Below, one piece after another: positions 58,475-64,000 of a stretch of DNA of 64,000 bases (the stretch's first letter is position 1; each line of letters begins with the position of its first letter). The position numbers were made by a program, and so were the translations under genes. Location of the stretch: assembly GCF_009914755.1 (NCBI RefSeq), contig NC_060942.1. One strand, given 5' to 3'. Under the pieces are notes generated by a model. That model was not told the origin of the DNA. It was given only the letters and a program-made list of their open reading frames with translations, and made no database searches. Source of the stretch: the human T2T-CHM13v2.0 reference genome, Homo sapiens.

Positions 58475-58889
58475 TATATCTTTCTTTCTTTATCTGCTAC
58501 GTCTGTTTACTTACAAGATCTGTTTGTACAGGTGCAATGTCCTATTTATCTTTCTCATCTAACCGTATTAGAGATATGACTTAGTGTATGCATTTACTTC
58601 AATGCCTGTTCAAGGGAGAAAGGACAGAAGGGTAGGGGAGATGATAGAAAAGTGGCTGAAATATGCATATGTCAGCTCCTTATATATTGTGCCCTCATTC
58701 TTGAAGCCCAAGGAAAAGAATAATCTATTATGCATAAATTTCATTAATTACAACCTTATCACTCAATATAAAAGTCATTGCACTTTTACTCAACATAAAA
58801 GTAACATAAATGTTTTACTTTTACTTAATATTAAGTAACTTCACTTCTCTTATTTTATTTCACATTCTACAAGTATCCTGAGTTGCTGT

Positions 58890-59180
58890 TGTTTTTTTTT
58901 TTTCTTTTTTGCTTTGTTACCCAGGCTGGAGTGCAATGACTTGATCACAGCTCACTACGACCTCGACCTCCAGGCTCAAGAGAGTCTCCCACCTTAGCCT
59001 CACCTGTAGCTAAGACTACAGGTGCACCCCACCATGCCCAGATAATTTTTAAATTTTTTTTGTAGCCAGCGAGATCTCACTGTGTTGCCCAAGCTGGTCT
59101 TGAACTCCTGGCTCAAGTGATCCTCCCTCCTCATCCTCCCCCAGTGCTGAGACTGCAGGTATGAGTCACTGTGCCTGGCG
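58890..59180 (-). mobile_element. AluJ
   Basis: ATCACAGCTCACT…CTCGACCTCCAGGCTCAAG and CTCCTGGCTCAAGTGATCCTCCC are AluJ-type. Confidence 0.88.
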
Positions 59181-60464
59181 GTAACCCTTCAGAGGAAACT
59201 TTTTGTGTAAAACTGAAAAGAAAGAAAAACGTTAAATAAATAAAACTGATGAAATCCCCTTGTTTCAAGCATACTACTCATTAATGCCAAACAATGTCTA
59301 TTACTTAATCAGCCACCAAAACTGTTAAGAAACAATTCTTTAGATTAATTTTCTTCTCCACTCCTAAAGTAAATACAATCTCTTGAACCATTGTTATGTT
59401 TGTCAAAATGGAAATAGCATATAACGGCTCAAAAGCTAAGGCTTTACAAAACTATGCATTAACAAGTGATTGGATGACTATAACTGTTTGTAGTGAAGTA
59501 AACAATCTATTATAAAATCATCAATATATAACAAAGCTGTTTCAAAATGCCAAAGAAAGTGTTTAGTTTAAGTTAAGAAAATTTAGAATTTAATTCAAAG
59601 CTTCATAGTTCCTTGGGGTTTTCATTATTTCATTATTCATTATTTATTTAATCATTATACCCTAATGGCTTTATAAATTAGTGCAGTTTCCAAATCTCTA
59701 ATTCCTCTAGGTTTTTTAGCACTTGTTTTTGGTACAAGCCAACTTCAAAATTACTTTATACAGAAATAATTGACAAGGACTTTATTTTTAAAATTGATGC
59801 AAGAGAACTTCTATTTTAAGATGGCCATGTTTAGGTGGGTGCCAGATTTTTTTTCCCCTTCACACTTAATGCAGCCTGACATTCCAAATGACTCAATATT
59901 AAATCAATTGGTTAACAAATAGTAGTAATTCACTTATAAAATTCAGCAACTATTTACATGATTCCCTCTGAGTTTCTCAGGAACACTTTCTCTCACCTCT
60001 CCCGTATCTTAGAACAGGTTATTTACATCCAGAAAACACTGTACTCATTTCAAATTCTCAGTCTTTGTCATGATGTATCCAGCAGCCTTTTCTGCAGGAG
60101 GGCAGGAACCATACCTGTCTTGTTTACCTCCATATATGTGGCATAGGATGGGCTCTGTATCTCCATAAGTATTTATTACATGACTAAACCTATGAACAAA
60201 TATATTTAACTATCTTAGAAAGTATTGTGGTGAAAATAAAAGAACCTTATTAGCTATATTAAAGGATACACATCGTCCTGAGTGCTTGTCCTGCCATAAC
60301 AGCATCTTCTTTCCAGGGTTGTCTCACAATCTCTAAAAGAAAAAGTCCATCGTCCCTGATTCTTTGTTATCAGTTTTTGCCTCCCAAGACCTCATTTTTA
60401 ATGATTTAATTGTTTTACATTGTTGGCTACTATGAAAAAGTGGTATCTAAAATAAACAGTTCTA

Positions 60465-60787
60465 TTATGATTATTATTGTTATTATTACAACTATTATTT
60501 TGAGACAGAATCTCACTCTGATGCCCAGGCTAGAGTGCAGAGGCATAAGATTTGCTCGCTGCAGCCTCAACCTCCTAGACTCAAGTGATCCTCCCTCATC
60601 AGGCTCCCGAGTAGCTGGGACTATAGGTGTGCACCACCATGCCCAGCTAATTTTTGTAGTTTTAGCAGAGAGGGGGTCTCACCATGTTGGCCAGGCTGGT
60701 CTGGAACACCTGGCCTCCTCAAGTGATCTGTTCTCTTCGGCCTCCCAAAGCGATGAGACTAAAAACATGAGCCACCACGTCCTGCCG
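60465..60787 (-). mobile_element. AluJb-like with (ATT)n tail
   Basis: GCAGCCTCAACCTCC…CTCAAGTGATCCTCCC; TSD AAACAGTTCTA at 60454-60464 and 60788-60798. Confidence 0.9.
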
Positions 60788-62936
60788 AAACAGTTCTACT
60801 TTTTTGTTTGTCTGTATGTTTGTTTTGTTTTGTTTTTTTACTAAAGAGCTATATATTCACATTATCCTGGTACAAAGCAAAATGTACTCTGGCTAACCTG
60901 AAGATTTCTAAACTAATATTGTGCCTTCCTCTAAACTCATTTACCATGCTCCATCCACACTGAACTTCTCTTCTTCCCAGCACGATGCCCCAGTTGTTTT
61001 AGTCTTAGGGCACTTGCTCTTGCTTTTTCTTCTAGCAGAAATTATCTTTCCCCTGTCTCCTGCCTCTTTTCTTTTTGTCATTGAAACTTAATTATAAACC
61101 TTTCAGTGGAGGCTTTTCCTCATTTTGCAATACCTCCACTTCTCTTTCCACCACATCCCTACATTCTGACATTCTGCACATCATACTACAGTTTTCCTCT
61201 CTGAGGTTTCATGTCGGTAAGTTTTCACTGACAACCTTGCCTATATCATTTGGAGTCTCTTCTCCTCATCCTAAAAGAGAAAATGGATGCTTTTCACCAG
61301 TTTCAACAAAATTTACTAAGGGAATGAAAAAATGAATGGAGACGAGGCTGGATGAATTAACAAATGTTAGCCTGAGTAAGCTTGTAACTTAACTTCCAAA
61401 CAAGAACATTGTAGATAATGAAATGGAAGTATTATTTAATCATTTCACTATGTCAAAAGGCACAAAATTGGGACTGCCTTGGGCTAACCCGATGGCCCTC
61501 GGAAAACTAGTAAATAGGATAACTTCACTTGTCAGCTCTAGAAACTTTGAACTCTTGATGTGAAGAGTCCATTTTTACACCATTCATAAAACATTAAATT
61601 CAACTTTAAGCATTTGATAAAAGTAGACTATTTTTTAAACGGCTGAGTCACATATATTCAAAGATAGATTTTTTTTGAAATCTGAATTAAGACAGAAACC
61701 AATTCAAGACATGCAAACCTATCAGGGTTATCAGTTAAGGCACAGAACATAGAGATTAAACAAACTAGGTGTCGTACATATACAGTTACTATATTTAGTT
61801 AAAACATTGTACTTGTTCCTAAGCTTTTTTGTCAGATTATTTCATAGTTCCAACAGCATCACGTGGTATTAAATTCATACTTCTAAAAGGAATCCAGAGT
61901 TAATTTCACTGATACCATAACCTCAGAAGGAAAATTGTTTTAAAATAATTGAAAATTATTGAACACTGTCAATAAATGAGAGCAGGCAATTTAATGCCAG
62001 GATACTCAGACATCAAAGAGAAGAACAAAAGGAAAAAAAGAAAAGAAACCCAGAGACGTTTATAACTATAGATGCTGAATTGGCAGCACCTGTTTCTGCC
62101 AGTTGCTCATCACTGACCAATGTACAAGACAAAATTGGAAACACAATTGATATTGATAGGTGTTAGTCGCTGAAGGGGAATTGTGCTGCTTGAAGTAAAT
62201 GATAAAGAAATTGAGGGCACAGCCCTAAAAGTATTACCTCATCACCTTCTGTAGTGCTATATACAGTTTTACAGAAGAGTTGTCCTTTGACTTAGTGTGG
62301 TTTAGTACCTTTCACATATGACTGAATGGAAATAATAGATTTTTCATTTTCAATTTACAAGTATCAGGATGGCATACACTTCAAAGAAAAAAAAATTCAG
62401 AAACATCACTCAACAGATAGGCTACTTATAAGTTAAAAGAGATGGTAATTATGACAAGAAAAATGTAGTCTGATTGAAAGATATAGGAGTGGTGTGAAGA
62501 TGTCCACCCTAGAAGCATTTAAGGCCAGAGGGATAAACTTGCCCACAATGGTAATCACATGTCCCAGGAATCAAGAGCCAGGTGCTGTTTGGGCACGGAG
62601 AAGACACGAAATGGTGAAAAGACAAAACAGACAAATAACTTCTGTGTTCAAATGGAATAATAAAATAAGTAAATAATTAAAATAAAGAATGTGTCCTGCA
62701 CACAAATAAGGGGTGGGGCAATAAACATTTTAAAAAGAGCGGTCAGGAATAGACTCAGTACAAAGCAGATATATGAACAAAATTCTCACCTAAAGAGATA
62801 AGGAAAACAACCAGGCAGAGAGTTGAGGCTTTCTAGGCAAAGGGAACAAGAAGTAACAAATCCATGTGGCAGATACAATCAAGTACTAGGTGAAATCAAG
62901 AAGCTGCCAGCCTGGGGACAGAGAAGTGAAGGAGAA

Positions 62937-63283
62937 TGTGTGCATTCTTTTTCACACTGCTATGAATATACTACCTGAAACTGGTAATTTATAAAGGAAA
63001 GAGGTTTAATTGACTCACAGTTCTGCATGGCTGGGGAGGCCTCAGGAAACTTACAATCATGGTGGGAGGGGAATCAGGCATGTCTTACATGGCAGCTGGT
63101 GAAAGAGTGTGAGCATGCAGGAAAAACTACCACCTATAAAACTGTCAGATCTCGTGAGAATTCACTATCATGAGAACAGCATGGGGGAAACTGCCCCATA
63201 ATCCAATCACTCCCCTCTCTCCACACATGGAGATTACAATTGGAGATGAGATTTGAGTGGGGACACAGAACCAAACCACATCA
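62937..63283 (-). mobile_element. THE1D/MSTA-like solo LTR inserted in an antisense L2 fragment
   Basis: GGTTTAATTGACTCACAGTTCTGCATGGCTGGGGAGGCCTCAGGAAACTTACAATCATGG…CCAAACCACATCA; imperfect TSD GAGAA/GAGAG. Confidence 0.9.
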
Positions 63284-64000
63284 GAGAGAAATGAAGTACT
63301 TGGTGAGGGCTTCAAGAAATTTCAGAAACTGGATTTGGCACTACATTGGAGTATTCTAACCAGAGTCCTGACAAAAGGTTATGTGCTTTAATTCAAAATA
63401 TTCCTCAGTGCTGTGTTAAAAATTAAACATACAATGTATGTTTTAAATAAGAAAAAACCAGAAACCACTAGAAAGTTTTTGGATCATCCAGGAAAAGTGG
63501 AAATTTGCCTCACTAGATGATCTTGTTATACCAACCTTATTCTATGTGGTGATTTTTATACATTGCTGTCTCCTCTTTGTTAACATTTTCTCTTGGAATG
63601 GTTGGATCTCTGGTCATTAATGAGATGGTATAATATTTATAGTTTCTTGTACTGCTTTCTTTTGGCTTTTCTATTATTATATAAGACATATAAAATTAGT
63701 TTCAGATTTTTTCTTTTTTTATCCTCTGAAATAATTTATTAAAAATTGGGTTACTTTCTCAAGTCTTTTTGCTAAAAGTCACTTCTGAAATCATCTGAAT
63801 TTTTTATCTTCTTTGTGGAAATATTTTAAAGGCTTGAAAACAATTTTCTATTTCATCCGGAGCCAGTTTTAGTAGGTTATAGTTTATAACATTTTAAGCA
63901 TTTTATCTTATTTTAAATTTATTCACCCATTTTTATAGCATTCTTTCCATATATTTGATCTGTTTTACTTATAATCGTCCCTCTTTCCTACCTAATATTT

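Overview
This is AT-rich, CpG-poor primate (almost certainly human or great-ape) genomic DNA, typical of a gene desert or a very large intron. It is not prokaryotic, and I see no CRISPR array, operon, rRNA or tRNA. Most recognisable content is interspersed repeats: about 11 Alus, L1 and L2 fragments, MIRs, DNA transposons (MADE1, Charlie-type, MER1B) and many ERVL/MaLR LTR elements (MLT2A1, LTR16, MST, MLT1, THE1). Many insertions have target-site duplications (TSDs) that can be read directly. No protein-coding gene could be named; the supplied ORFs are short and mostly repeat-derived. The best-supported oddities are a three-LTR tandem THE1 provirus bounded by one TSD (24609-27952) and a three-arm chimeric Alu bounded by one TSD (11237-11727). 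More speculative items are a set of minus-strand candidate exons, including a 20-nt microexon, in a repeat-poor island (46.8-48.1 kb, plus 53.9 kb) that could be driven by a DUX4-motif-bearing THE1/MST LTR at 63 kb, and a plus-strand candidate terminal exon next to an RFX X-box (10.7-11.0 kb). Subfamily labels come from recalled consensus sequences and need RepeatMasker/Dfam confirmation.
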